Below are positions 1 through 10,235 of a DNA stretch of 64,000 nucleotides, piece after piece; position 1 is the stretch's first letter, and every line of letters starts with the position of its first letter. Under the pieces are notes generated by a model. The model made no database searches, had not been told where the DNA came from, and saw only the letters and a list, made by a program, of their open reading frames with translations. The position numbers and the translations under genes were made by a program. This DNA is from Caecitellus pseudoparvulus (taxonomy: Eukaryota; Protista; Bigyra: Bicosoecida), in the NCBI GenBank assembly GCA_965644315.1, contig CBFFRQ010000032.1, positions 186,001 through 250,000 of the forward strand. Direction: 5' to 3'.

Positions 1-621
1 CAAGCGGAAGTGCTTGAAGAGCACATGGAGAGAAACCCCGACACGCCCCCCAAAGTTGCCGCATCCCTCGTGGCATCTCACCGCATCGATGCTGGCATTG
101 CGGCTGAACTGGCTCTGAGCGTGGGCATCGGCACCGACACGGAGGAGCTGTCTTACATTCGAGACGAGCTGCTGAACTCCGATGCAAACCTACGCGTCAA
201 GAGTCGGTACCATGTGCAGTTCGTCAAGCCAGCCGTGCGAGAAGTGCGGGCGGTTGTGAGGGGCGAGCTGCCGCCAGGCAAACTGCAGTGGAGCTTCCGG
301 CACACTCTGCTGCTGTATGGCATGTTGTTCACGGTGGGCGGTACGCAGCAAGGCAAGGCATGGTTGAACAAGGCAGCTATCAGCCCGCCAGGTGGCGACA
401 GGGTTCTGCAAGAGACGTCCGGAGGTCTGGCAGATTTCCGCAGCGCGGTGCACGAACTGCTCACGTCACTTGTTGGGGTGTTCCGCCTCACTTCCCCCGA
501 ACAACAGGTGGCGTTGCCCGCCAGCGACCCAGCGTTAGACCACCTGCCTCTGGGTGATGCGCAGCGCCGAGCCTGTGTGCAAGCGGTGCACAACCACGTG
601 CGGTTCTTGGCATGGGAGTGA
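1..621 (+). CDS. 3' end of an unknown protein (5' part lies outside the window)
   Basis: Frame 1 is open from base 1 to TGA at 619-621 with ordinary globular-protein composition; no motif recognised. Confidence 0.6.
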   Translation, partial: QAEVLEEHMERNPDTPPKVAASLVASHRIDAGIAAELALSVGIGTDTEELSYIRDELLNSDANLRVKSRYHVQFVKPAVREVRAVVRGELPPGKLQWSFRHTLLLYGMLFTVGGTQQGKAWLNKAAISPPGGDRVLQETSGGLADFRSAVHELLTSLVGVFRLTSPEQQVALPASDPALDHLPLGDAQRRACVQAVHNHVRFLAWE

Positions 622-623
622 AT

Positions 624-1937
624 TCAACTCGCTAGGCTGGCTTGGGCACGCAGCAACAGTGGCAGGCGGCGGCGGCGATAGTGCGCGAAACCCGCCAGCT
701 CGGCGATTTGCCGCGCCTGGCCGGCATTCACGGCTGTGGCCACCTGTTGCGTGCCATGCAGTCGCACAAGTGTCGCTGCAACGCAGCAGGCTTCGGCGAA
801 CCCCGGCTCCCCCCGCTGAACCTGCACCCTTTGGAACATGCGAGTCACCAGCCCACCCGTGATGACACGGAGGAAAGGGGTGGCGTCTTCGAACTTGGCA
901 ATGTCCTGACGCTGTTCACCCTGTGTGAAGAAGTTGCCCGCCCGTTCCTGTGTCAGCAGGCGACGCTCTGCATCTTGCAGCTCCTCCTGATCCCACGTGT
1001 CCAAGGGCACCTCACATGTGGCTTCTGCAGGTGCTGACCAAGAGTACACGTGCAAACCCACGTCGGCACCCCATGCTCGCATCTCCTGCATGACGGGTCT
1101 GCACATGTGCGCCAACAGCGCGACAAAGTCAATGGAGTTAGCCCCGGGTTGGGTAGCTGGGCGGGGAGAGACCATCCTGAGCAGGCACACAACAGCATGG
1201 TGCAAGTCTGGGCGCAGCTGGCGGTGCTGCAGCATGTTCGTCAGGACGAGGGGACGCCGCCCGGCACTCTCCACCCACACATCGTGCAGCTGCATCTTGG
1301 CAGTTACCTCTTGGACAAGCAGAAGCGACTGCATGTCTCCCCCGTGCACAGTGCACTCCATTGGCAGCGTCGCTTGCACTTCTTTGTATCGGTCTTCCCA
1401 GTCAGGATAGTGACACTTCACCCGTGCCCAGTGCTGCAGCAGCGTGCGCACACAGGCGGCGTGTCCGTGGAACGCGGCCACCATGAGCGGCGAGGGCGCG
1501 TGCAAGTTTCCATCGGGGGAGCCGCCCCGCTGCAGCAGCAGGCGCAGCACAGCCTCATGGCCCTCCGAGCAGGCGCCATGCACAGGTGTCAGCGAGCTCT
1601 CCATGCCCTCCCAGCGGCTCGGGAACCCCACCATGCACCGCAGCATGGGGTGAACTGCCCGCGGGTCTGCGCCCATGTCCAGCAGCTGCCGCACCTGCCC
1701 CAGCTCCCCCCGCCGCGCGGTGCTGAACAGGTGCCAGTCCTTCTTCCACTGCTCCTCGACGGGCCTGCCGTCCCACAGCTCCATGCCATTTGGCCCGTCA
1801 CCTTCAAAGTGCCCCTCCCACTCGTCCTCGGCTGGCCCGCCCCCGAAGTCGCCAAAGCCACCCTGGAGAGCGCCCTGCAATTGAAATCCTAGCTCCACGT
1901 CTTCTTGGCCAAAGGCGAAGCCCTGCGGGTCAGCCAT
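624..1937 (-). CDS. Ankyrin-repeat protein (437 aa)
   Basis: Three ankyrin-like units: LFSTARRGELGQVRQLLDMGADP, TPVHGACSEGHEAVLRLLLQRGGSPD, SPLMVAAFHGHAACVRTLLQHWARV. Acidic Gly-rich N-terminus and basic C-terminal RRRRLPLLLRA. Confidence 0.85.
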   Translation of the reverse strand: MADPQGFAFGQEDVELGFQLQGALQGGFGDFGGGPAEDEWEGHFEGDGPNGMELWDGRPVEEQWKKDWHLFSTARRGELGQVRQLLDMGADPRAVHPMLRCMVGFPSRWEGMESSLTPVHGACSEGHEAVLRLLLQRGGSPDGNLHAPSPLMVAAFHGHAACVRTLLQHWARVKCHYPDWEDRYKEVQATLPMECTVHGGDMQSLLLVQEVTAKMQLHDVWVESAGRRPLVLTNMLQHRQLRPDLHHAVVCLLRMVSPRPATQPGANSIDFVALLAHMCRPVMQEMRAWGADVGLHVYSWSAPAEATCEVPLDTWDQEELQDAERRLLTQERAGNFFTQGEQRQDIAKFEDATPFLRVITGGLVTRMFQRVQVQRGEPGFAEACCVAATLVRLHGTQQVATAVNAGQARQIAELAGFAHYRRRRLPLLLRAQASLAS

Positions 1938-2350
1938 GCCTGACTAGAGCGCGCTCGGGGCGCTCCAGCGAAATGGCGGCCACACCCAACTGTTGCATGC
2001 AGCGACGCAGGCGGGAGCATCAGGTCAAACGGAGGTCAAATCAAGTGAAAACTACCCGATGTTACTAGATTTTGTGGTCAGAACCCTAACTGTTTCCCAC
2101 AGGAGGTGGCACTGCCGTGGGGGGGGTCGACGGGGAGTGCCGTGGGCTGGTCGATTTCCGCGCAGGCCCCATTTCTGTCCGGACCAAAAACAGAGGCGGC
2201 GAAATGCCATTTCATATCATCTTCAAGTTCGACAGCTGGTAGCCTGCATCTGCGGGTTCCTTGCTTCCGCCTTTCTGCCGTGACTTCAGGCTGGTTTTTT
2301 GTTTGGCGTGGTGGGCCCGACCTTTCTGCTCTTGCTCGCAAGCACACGGC

Positions 2351-5300
2351 ATGTCGCAAGCTGGACCAGGAGGTGCAAAAGGCTACGAAATCCCACGCTT
2401 GGCACCTGGTTTATCGCGAAATAAACCATGGATTCCAGTTGATCACATGAAGGGCGAACTTGTGGAGCCTGCAGTGTGCACGCTCAGCTTGCCTGGCACG
2501 AAAGCCACGACCCGGCTCTCCGTCCGTTCCTTCCTTCGCGCATGCCCAGCTGTCAATACAGCCGTCGCAAGTGGAAATGCCCTTGTTCTTCCTCACTTCC
2601 CTGTCGGTGGCATTCGGCGTGGACGGGCTGCCCTCTTGCGCGAAGTGGCCCAGCGACTGGGCAGGTCCAGCAGCTTGGATGCAGTGTGCGAGCGAGTGGA
2701 CAGGGACGTACGAGGCACCTTGCACAAGTATGAGTGCGTCTTTGCGAGCAAGGGCGGCGAGATGGGTTTGACGGGGCTCCTGGACCCCACGAATATTCTG
2801 TGGGGGCAAGGGCCGTTCGCTCCGTGGGCCGATGGGGCTTCGGGCGCCGCCGCTCCCGCGGGTGATCTTCCGCGCCACCCCCTAGAGCCCCTGTACCCAG
2901 AAAGCGATTCCGCGTCGTCAGACTCTTCTGATGATTTTGACGGGCACTTTGCTGCGCAGTCAGCAGATTCCCCCGTCGGTGCCGAGTTCGTGCCACTGTG
3001 CATGTTATTCTGGGGAGTGGAGAGGGGCGACCCGCACTTCTTGGCAATGGCCAGACAGAGCATCCACACTTTTGTCAACCAGTTTCGTGGTGTCAATAGT
3101 TTGGACTGTTCTGCTGGGGGGGGGCTGCAGCACTGGCTGCGTTTCGTGCTTCGCACTGTGCCGGTCTTGCTCGCGGGGCACTGCCGAGACTTTGCCCAGC
3201 ACTTCTTGCTGCAAGCTACAGCAGCAGTGTGCCCCAGCCTCACAAGTGGCAGTGTCTTGGCGTCGCTTTGCAAGCAGTCCCTGCTAGAGGCAGAGCAGCT
3301 GCGCTTGGCTGCTCAGCTGCGTACGACGTGCGGTGATTGCGACGCTGCGATGCTAATGTCTGCTGTGGCCCTTGCCGCAGCGGGGGGCCACTGGGCGTTC
3401 ATAGCCTGCCTGCTGGATGCATCTGGCGAAGCTTTCCCGGATCCACTGCTTGGGGTCTTGGGGACGACAGCCCTGTTGTGCTGGGATGCAGCTTGTGCGT
3501 GTGGCGGACAGCCGCAGCCAGGAGCTGACACTCTACACAAGCTCCTTTGCTGCGACGGCACACATGAACTGCGTAGCATGGTCGAATTCTCCAGCGCCCT
3601 TCACATTGCCCTCTTCAGGCTTGCCGTCGTGAAGGACTCAGTCGAGGCGTTCCGGCTGTCGGCCGAAACTGCAGATAAAGTGTTGACGGGGAGGGTTACC
3701 GTGGCCCCTGTCGTGCAAGTCCAGGATGACGGCACCGCAGGTGGTGATGAGAAGGCGAGGGCCACCCCCTCTGCAGTCCGCAAAGCTCTGCTGAACCTCC
3801 TTCCTGAAGTGCTCGAGGCTGGCGCGTTGCCTCTGGCACTGCGATGTGCCAGCCCGGACGCAGCTGCCCCTGTCTTCGATCCCAAGGCCAGCTTCCCTTT
3901 CCCCGTTGGCATGGAGGTTGGGACTGCCTCCCGACCGCGTATCGGCATGCAGCGACTTGCCACTGCCATGGCGCTCAACGAGAGCGTCCCCCAAGCCGCG
4001 TGGGTTGCAGACCAAGTCCTGCGTGCGATGCAGCCAACCAGCGCGTGGACTGACCAGGACGGCCTTCTGGCGTTGACACACAACATTGCCTCAGAAGCCG
4101 TGAAAGAGGGGCGTGTGGATCTCTTCCAGGCCATCATAGATTGGGCCCAGACAAGCGGGCAAGGTCACCCAATCATCACCACAGTGCTGGCCATCGGGCG
4201 GGCAGGGAGACACTGCAAGGCACGCCATCCGTATGTGCAGCAGGACGCAGACAACTTTTTCAAGTGGATGTGCACTGCCAGTGCAAATGGCGATGAGGAA
4301 ATGCTTGGGGAGCTGTGCAGGCTGGTGCAAGCTGCCCTGAGTGGCGCATATACGTCCCACTCGCAGTCCGACGCTGGAGCTGCCTCTTCACCAGGGGCCA
4401 CCTCTCTTTTCCGTGGACGACTTCAGCCCGTGCTTGAGATTGATGTGTCTGGCTTTGAGTACGCACAGGCACTGGTCTCGGCCAAGGGTGGGCACGCCTG
4501 GGGGGCAGCTTGCAAGGTCTTGGCGCCGCATGCAAGAGACCCCCGAGCACGTGCTGCGTTTTACCGAGGATTGGAATCGCTGTTGAAGGAAGGAGAGCTT
4601 GAGAGCATTGCCTGGTTCAGAAAAGGCCACGTCATTCCCACAGACAGCCTTAAAATCAGTGCTAGACAAGCCATACTAGCCGTGCAGCATCCTCGTGTTC
4701 TGTGCAGCGTTCTGCACGATGACAGACTCCAGGGGGTGGTACCATGGACCGTGCCTGTATTGCGCGGGGGCGCCACCGACGCTCACCTATGTCTGCAGCT
4801 TCTCGCAGCTGTTTGGTGCAATCAAGAGACTGCCGTGCTCGCACTACAATCGTTCTGCGCTGCTGGCGTGCTGCCGCTTCTCTTCGAAGCTGCTCACAGC
4901 GAGCTTGCGAAAGCCTCGGAACGACGCATCGATGAAGGTGCTCGGCATGCGAATCGTGGTTTCCCTCACCTCGAACGTCTCGCTGACTTTGATTCAGAAT
5001 TAGGCACAGACTCCGACTCCCACTCCGACTCAGACTCAGACTCAGACTCGAGCAGTGACAGTGGCGTGGCTGTTGGCATGCTCGGGAAGGGTGGGTTGGT
5101 TCCGTTGCCGGCACAGCAGAGGGTTCGTCGCTTGGCCAATCGCACCGACCGGCCTGTGCCTGACAAGGCCAGGTGTAGTACTGCTGATTCGGGCTCGGAC
5201 TCGAGCAGTGGCAGCGGTTTGGCTTCTGGCATGCTCGAGAAGGCGGGGTTGATTCCGTTACCCCCGCAGCAAAGGGCCCGCCACTTGGGCAAGCGCACGG

Positions 5301-6331
5301 ACGAGCCGGTGGTTGACAAGCGCAACTTCAGTGTTGCCGACTCAGACTCAGACTCGAGCAGTGGCAGTGGCGTGGCTGCTGGCATGCTCGGTAGGGGTGG
5401 GTTGGTTCCGTTGCCGGCACAGCAGAGGGTTCGTCGCTTCGCCAATCGCACGCACAAACCGGTGGCGGCCAAGTCTGAGCACAATGCTGCTGACTTTAGC
5501 TCCGACTCCGACTCTGACTCCGACTCCGACGCCGGCGCCGAGCACGGAAGATTCAAATCAGATCCAGGCCTCGCAGTGCCACAGCAACAGCAATTGGAGC
5601 TTGTGATGCCTCCGGATAGCGACGAAGAGCCCCAGCAAGGGCTTTTTCCAGCTTCTCAATTATTTGTTCCGCTTGCGAATGGTGGAGAAGGGCAGCCAGA
5701 AATGCTGCCGCAGCGCTGGGGCGGCAACCGAGGAGGAGGCGGCCTTGCTGAATTGAGCGAAGTCTTGACGCCTGGCGGGCCTCAGTGGGGCATTGATGAG
5801 CCTCACGCTGCCTTCTCTGCCCTGTTGCTGGGAATCGCCGAGTGGAGCTGCATCCCGCCCTGTCCTGCAGCTGCTGGTTTTATTTTTGATGTTGCAGGGG
5901 ACAGTGTGGGACTATTGGTGCCACTTCTTCTGAAGGAGTTGTACGGTGGTAGCTCCGTGGCCGGGAGCGAACTGCACGTGTGGGACGCTCTGACTCGTGC
6001 TGAGCATGGCATGGCATACTTGCATGGAGAGGCTGCCTTGCTGTGTGCTGTGCACCATGCAGCGTGCGAAGCCGTGGCGGAGGGCTTCGACAGCGCACCG
6101 TGGCTGCCAGCGCTTGTGCAGCGGACACGGCGGGATGTGGCGCAGGCATGTGGACGTGGCCAAATACCAGACAAGGGAAGAGAGCTTGTGCAAGGCTTGC
6201 TGGGCTGGGAGAAGCCAGCCCGAGTTGCTGGTGACGTGGCGTGGTGTGGATGGGACCGCCAGTCTGGATTGCTTCGGCGGGACTTGGTGCTGGCTCGAGC
6301 CGCGATGCAAAGAGGCCGGCTAGGCAAATAG
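2351..6331 (+). CDS. Large helical protein with degenerate ankyrin-like repeats, a possible N-terminal BTB/Skp1-like region and Ser/Asp-rich repeats
   Basis: First in-frame ATG at 2351 (MSQAGPGG). Ankyrin-like helices include AVALAAAGGHWAFIACLLD, ASEAVKEGRVDLFQAIID and CTASANGDEEMLGELCRL. The ORF is uninterrupted for ~4 kb. Confidence 0.65.
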   Translation: MSQAGPGGAKGYEIPRLAPGLSRNKPWIPVDHMKGELVEPAVCTLSLPGTKATTRLSVRSFLRACPAVNTAVASGNALVLPHFPVGGIRRGRAALLREVAQRLGRSSSLDAVCERVDRDVRGTLHKYECVFASKGGEMGLTGLLDPTNILWGQGPFAPWADGASGAAAPAGDLPRHPLEPLYPESDSASSDSSDDFDGHFAAQSADSPVGAEFVPLCMLFWGVERGDPHFLAMARQSIHTFVNQFRGVNSLDCSAGGGLQHWLRFVLRTVPVLLAGHCRDFAQHFLLQATAAVCPSLTSGSVLASLCKQSLLEAEQLRLAAQLRTTCGDCDAAMLMSAVALAAAGGHWAFIACLLDASGEAFPDPLLGVLGTTALLCWDAACACGGQPQPGADTLHKLLCCDGTHELRSMVEFSSALHIALFRLAVVKDSVEAFRLSAETADKVLTGRVTVAPVVQVQDDGTAGGDEKARATPSAVRKALLNLLPEVLEAGALPLALRCASPDAAAPVFDPKASFPFPVGMEVGTASRPRIGMQRLATAMALNESVPQAAWVADQVLRAMQPTSAWTDQDGLLALTHNIASEAVKEGRVDLFQAIIDWAQTSGQGHPIITTVLAIGRAGRHCKARHPYVQQDADNFFKWMCTASANGDEEMLGELCRLVQAALSGAYTSHSQSDAGAASSPGATSLFRGRLQPVLEIDVSGFEYAQALVSAKGGHAWGAACKVLAPHARDPRARAAFYRGLESLLKEGELESIAWFRKGHVIPTDSLKISARQAILAVQHPRVLCSVLHDDRLQGVVPWTVPVLRGGATDAHLCLQLLAAVWCNQETAVLALQSFCAAGVLPLLFEAAHSELAKASERRIDEGARHANRGFPHLERLADFDSELGTDSDSHSDSDSDSDSSSDSGVAVGMLGKGGLVPLPAQQRVRRLANRTDRPVPDKARCSTADSGSDSSSGSGLASGMLEKAGLIPLPPQQRARHLGKRTDEPVVDKRNFSVADSDSDSSSGSGVAAGMLGRGGLVPLPAQQRVRRFANRTHKPVAAKSEHNAADFSSDSDSDSDSDAGAEHGRFKSDPGLAVPQQQQLELVMPPDSDEEPQQGLFPASQLFVPLANGGEGQPEMLPQRWGGNRGGGGLAELSEVLTPGGPQWGIDEPHAAFSALLLGIAEWSCIPPCPAAAGFIFDVAGDSVGLLVPLLLKELYGGSSVAGSELHVWDALTRAEHGMAYLHGEAALLCAVHHAACEAVAEGFDSAPWLPALVQRTRRDVAQACGRGQIPDKGRELVQGLLGWEKPARVAGDVAWCGWDRQSGLLRRDLVLARAAMQRGRLGK
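5047..5505 (+). repeat. Three in-frame 153-bp (51-aa) tandem repeats flanked by (SD)n microsatellites
   Basis: CTCGAGCAGTG recurs at 5047, 5200 and 5353; peptide unit SSSxSGxAxGMLxxxGLxPLPxQQRxRxxxxRT. Confidence 0.9.
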
Positions 6332-6460
6332 TGCACTCTGGCTTTAAATGCAGTTGCATACGCAGCTCTCAGCAGGGGGTTTCAGAAGGTGCCAGCTCCA
6401 GCATTAGTGCTGACCGCTGGGTCTTCGCTGGGGTGGTCATTCGATTTCCGCAGAGCAGAC

Positions 6461-9400
6461 ATGGCTGATGCGGTGAGCCGGAGCGACTAGAGCAGCTGGC
6501 GCACCCGTTCTCATTGGAACTCGTTGAATTTCTCCTATGCAGGCTGTTCGTGCGACCCTTGCGGCGCGAGCAGACGACCTGGGCTCAGTGTGCCCCCAAG
6601 CTTGGGTGGACTTGGCGCTTTGTGATGTTGCAGCTGGCGCAGACGACATCCTCGGCTACACACAGAAAGCTGTGCAGGAGGTGGAGCAGCAGCAGCGTTC
6701 TACATCCGAGTTCTTGATCCTGCGCACGATTGAGGCAGCTCTGCTCAGGTACGACGCGGCCAGCAGACGTTGTGTGCGCGTTCAGCTGCCGTTACGATAC
6801 CAACGCCCGGTGACACAGTGAGCGGGACATTGACGCGGCGCGGGAGCTGTTCTCGGAACTGAAGGCGAATCCAAAGAGCAAGGGAGTTTGGCAGTTCTGG
6901 TTCTTGTTTGCTGGCGTCGAGGCGCGCGCAGGTATGCAGTGGCCTTCGGCTGTGTGTCCATCAAGTTCCGCAAAGCAACCAGACGACCCTCTTGCGTGCA
7001 CAGGTGAGCCGGAGCGTGCGAGGCAGCTAGTTCAGCTGGGACGCACACACTGTGGACTTGGTACATGTATGAAGGCCCTGGACGAGGCCGTGAAGCTGCA
7101 TGGCGTGCAAGCTCTGGCGAGCGCAACACTCCAGCCGGTGGCTGCCGCGGCTCGTGGCGAGAAAGTGGAGATCTGTGCCCCCGCTCCCTCCACGCGCCGT
7201 CCATTGAGCAGCAAGAGTGTGAACGCAAAGAATTCCACTGAATCCGCTCGGAAAACCCGCCGCTCAGCACGTCTGGCGGCAGCGCCGCCGGCTGCAGCAA
7301 GCACAGCGGCCGACGAGGATGACGACACGATCGTCTTCAATTTCTCGCGAACACGCAGGCGGGGCCGGAGGCGCTCACCAGAACCAGATTCTACGCCTTC
7401 CACTGAGCCTGCTGCAGCACCCGCGCCTTCCTCCACTGCCGCTGCCGCTGTCCCACCCACCGCTGAGCAGTCTCGCACCACTGAGGCAGCAGGTGCAAGG
7501 CAGCGGCCCAGTTTCCGGAAGTATGGGGGGGCGCTGCGAGTGCCTGCGTCCAGGTCGGGCCGCAAGTCTCTCATGCCAGGCGCCTTGCCGCCGCTCAGCC
7601 CAGTGCAGGAGGACGGCGGCTCCGCCTCGGGGGAGGAGGGGGAGTCGGCCAAGACGCAAACCAAGCAGGGCAACGCCAGCAAGCCCAAGGCGTTCGTCAT
7701 GCCAGCGTACATGAAAGAGTGGAAACCGCTGTCCCATCGGGCCAAACTCAGCGCAAGTGGCCGGCTGAGTGCCGAGGAGCTGCCCAGCGCCGCAGGCAGC
7801 GGTGGGGCCACTGGCCCTCGCCGTAGGGGGGGCTCAGGCGGCCTGGCAGCACCCCCCCTCGCACCCCCCACCTCAGTGCCGGACAGCACTCCTCACCGAC
7901 ACAGTGCAGGCGAAGCGACACCTGTCTCTGCCGGTGTCCAGGAGTCGCAGAAGGCGGGCACTTCGCTGGGTGGGAGCCGACGTGGCCGCGATGCCGAGTC
8001 GGTGGCTGACGAGGGTGTGGCCAAAGCAACCCGCACTGCAAAGGCACAGACATCGCCCTCAGCCTCTGAATCGACCAAGGGCAGTAGCCACAGTGGTGAA
8101 ATCCGCTCTCCACCGGCAACGGCAGCCCGGCAAGAAACCGCAGCGGATGACGATGGTGACAGCACGCTGGAGTCACCCGTCATCACCTTCAAGCCACGCA
8201 GTGTGGCCCTGCTGGGCACGCACACGGCCAAAGCACCCTCTCCGCAGACAGCAGCCCCTGACGCACCCTCGGTGGGTGGCAGTGACGGAGGCACCATTGA
8301 GTTCCAGCCTCGTGCACGCAAGGCTAGTCGCAGGAGCGAAGGACAGTCCGCGCCCGTGGCGACAGCACAGTCCAGCCAGCTCGACGCCGACGCTGACGCC
8401 GACGCTGACACAGTAGTGGAGGGTGCGGGCGGCAGCACACAAGGCAGCGCCCCCCAGGCTCCAGCCAGTGCCTCCGCTGCCCACACGCAAGCCAGCACCG
8501 CCTGTGCCCACTCTCACACGGCAGGGGTGGGGGCAGAAGCCTCCGGGAATCCCTTTGCGGCACTGCTGTCTGACCGCAGCCTGGTCACCGTGAACGGCAT
8601 GCCGTACGTGCGGCTGGAGGTCATCGGCCGAGGGGGGTCGTCCAAGGTGTTCCGGGTGCTGGGCCCTGACCTGCAAGTGTACGCGCTGAAGCGCGTGAAG
8701 CTTGGGCGGGGGGACAGCGGCAGCTTGGCGTCGTTCGCCAACGAGATCGCCCTGCTGCGACGGCTGGCTGGCAAGGCCAACATCATCCGGCTGGTGGACG
8801 CGGAGGTGAATGCCCCGCGCAAGACCATCCACGTCGTGATGGAGGCGGGCGAGATTGACCTCAGCAAGCTGCTGGCCCGAGAGCGCAGTGCTGCCGCTGA
8901 TGGCAGCTCCGGCGCCCGCCCGCCTCTTGCCGGGCGCATTGGCGACCTGGACGGTAACTTCCTGCGCCTGACGTGGCGGCAGATGCTGGAGGCAGTGGGC
9001 ACTATCCACGCGGAGCGCATCGTGCACGGGGACTTGAAGCCCGCCAACTTCGTCTTCGTTGCGGGGACGCTGAAGCTCATTGACTTCGGCATCGCCAAGG
9101 CCATCTCCACCAACACCACCAACATCTACCGCGAGTCACAGGTGGGCACGCTGAACTACATGTCCCCCGAGGCCATCCTGGACACCTCTGGCAGCGTAGG
9201 CGGCGGCCGGGGTGGGCGCAGTGCCCGCATGCGCCTGGGCCGTGCCTCTGACGTGTGGTCCATGGGCTGCATCCTGTACCAGATGGTGTACGGCCGGACC
9301 CCGTTCGCACACTTGAGCCTGGTGCAGAAGCTGCACAGCATCACCGACCCCACGTACGAGGTGGACTTCCCCCCCACGGGGCAGCCAGCTCTGGATGCAG

Positions 9401-9954
9401 TGCTGGCCGCCTGCTTGACTCGGGACCCGGCGGCGCGCCCCAGCATTGAGCAGTTACTGCAGCACGAGTTCCTGGCCCCAGGCGTGTCAGCCCCGGCCGC
9501 TTCCCCTCACCTGCCTGCCCAAGGTCCCAGTGCCTCAGACTTGATGGAAGCGCTGGCCCAGCCAGCCGCCCTGTCATCGCTGGACCAGCTTGCCAAGCCA
9601 GACTGCAGGGCTCAAGTGCTGGCTGCGCTGGCGGAGGGTGGGCCCACCGCTGCTGCCACGGCCCTGGTGCGCTCGGCTGAGAGCAGCGCTGCCGCGGGCC
9701 AGGACAAGAAAGCCGCAAGCGCAGCGCAGACGCCTGCAGCCCCCCGCCTGCCCTCCGCACTCGCCTCTGGCATCAAGCTGGGCAGCAGCCGCCTGCGCAA
9801 GGCAGCGCCCCAAGCCAAGCCAACGAAACAAGACGATGGCAGCGACTTGGAGAGTGTTTTGCGGCGGGGGCTGGCCAAGCGCTTCGCTGCGCTGCACGGG
9901 GATGATGAGAGCGCCACAGATGAAGGGGAGTTCACGTTCACGACGGTGCACTGA
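6461..9954 (+). CDS. MPS1: MPS1/TTK spindle-checkpoint kinase; predicted introns 6473-6542, 6749-6818, 6932-7003
   Basis: Kinase domain ~8584-9474 has Mps1 signatures IGRGGSSKVF, HGDLKPANF, LKLIDFGIA and ESQVGTLNYMSPEA. The spliced N-terminus gives a TPR-like region (IDAARELFSELK...FAGVEARAGEPERARQLV). All three GT-AG introns keep the frame. Confidence 0.92.
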
Positions 9955-10235
9955 TGCTCACGAGGCCGCCCAGCTGCGTTTGCGGGCCGAAGGCTGACAG
10001 AGCTGCTGTAAAACACGCCCACGATCAACAATCCAGCGGCCCATGTGGCAGATCGAACACGTTCAGTCACTTCTTGCCTGCCCATGTCGCCCTGCTGCTT
10101 CTTCAGGTTTGTCTTGACCTGCGCTTTCTGGCAGGATTAGTGCCTTGCGGGTCAAGCCAGCCAGCTTGCGCTTGGCTGTGCAAGAAGCGGGAATATTGGA
10201 GGGCAGGGAGCCCCGGCACAAGCACGAGTGGGGAA

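Noticed and set aside
2020-2145. AGGTCAAA direct repeat, a single AACCCTAA and a GC hairpin in the intergenic gap
   Set aside because: Too short to support an ncRNA, telomeric or element call.
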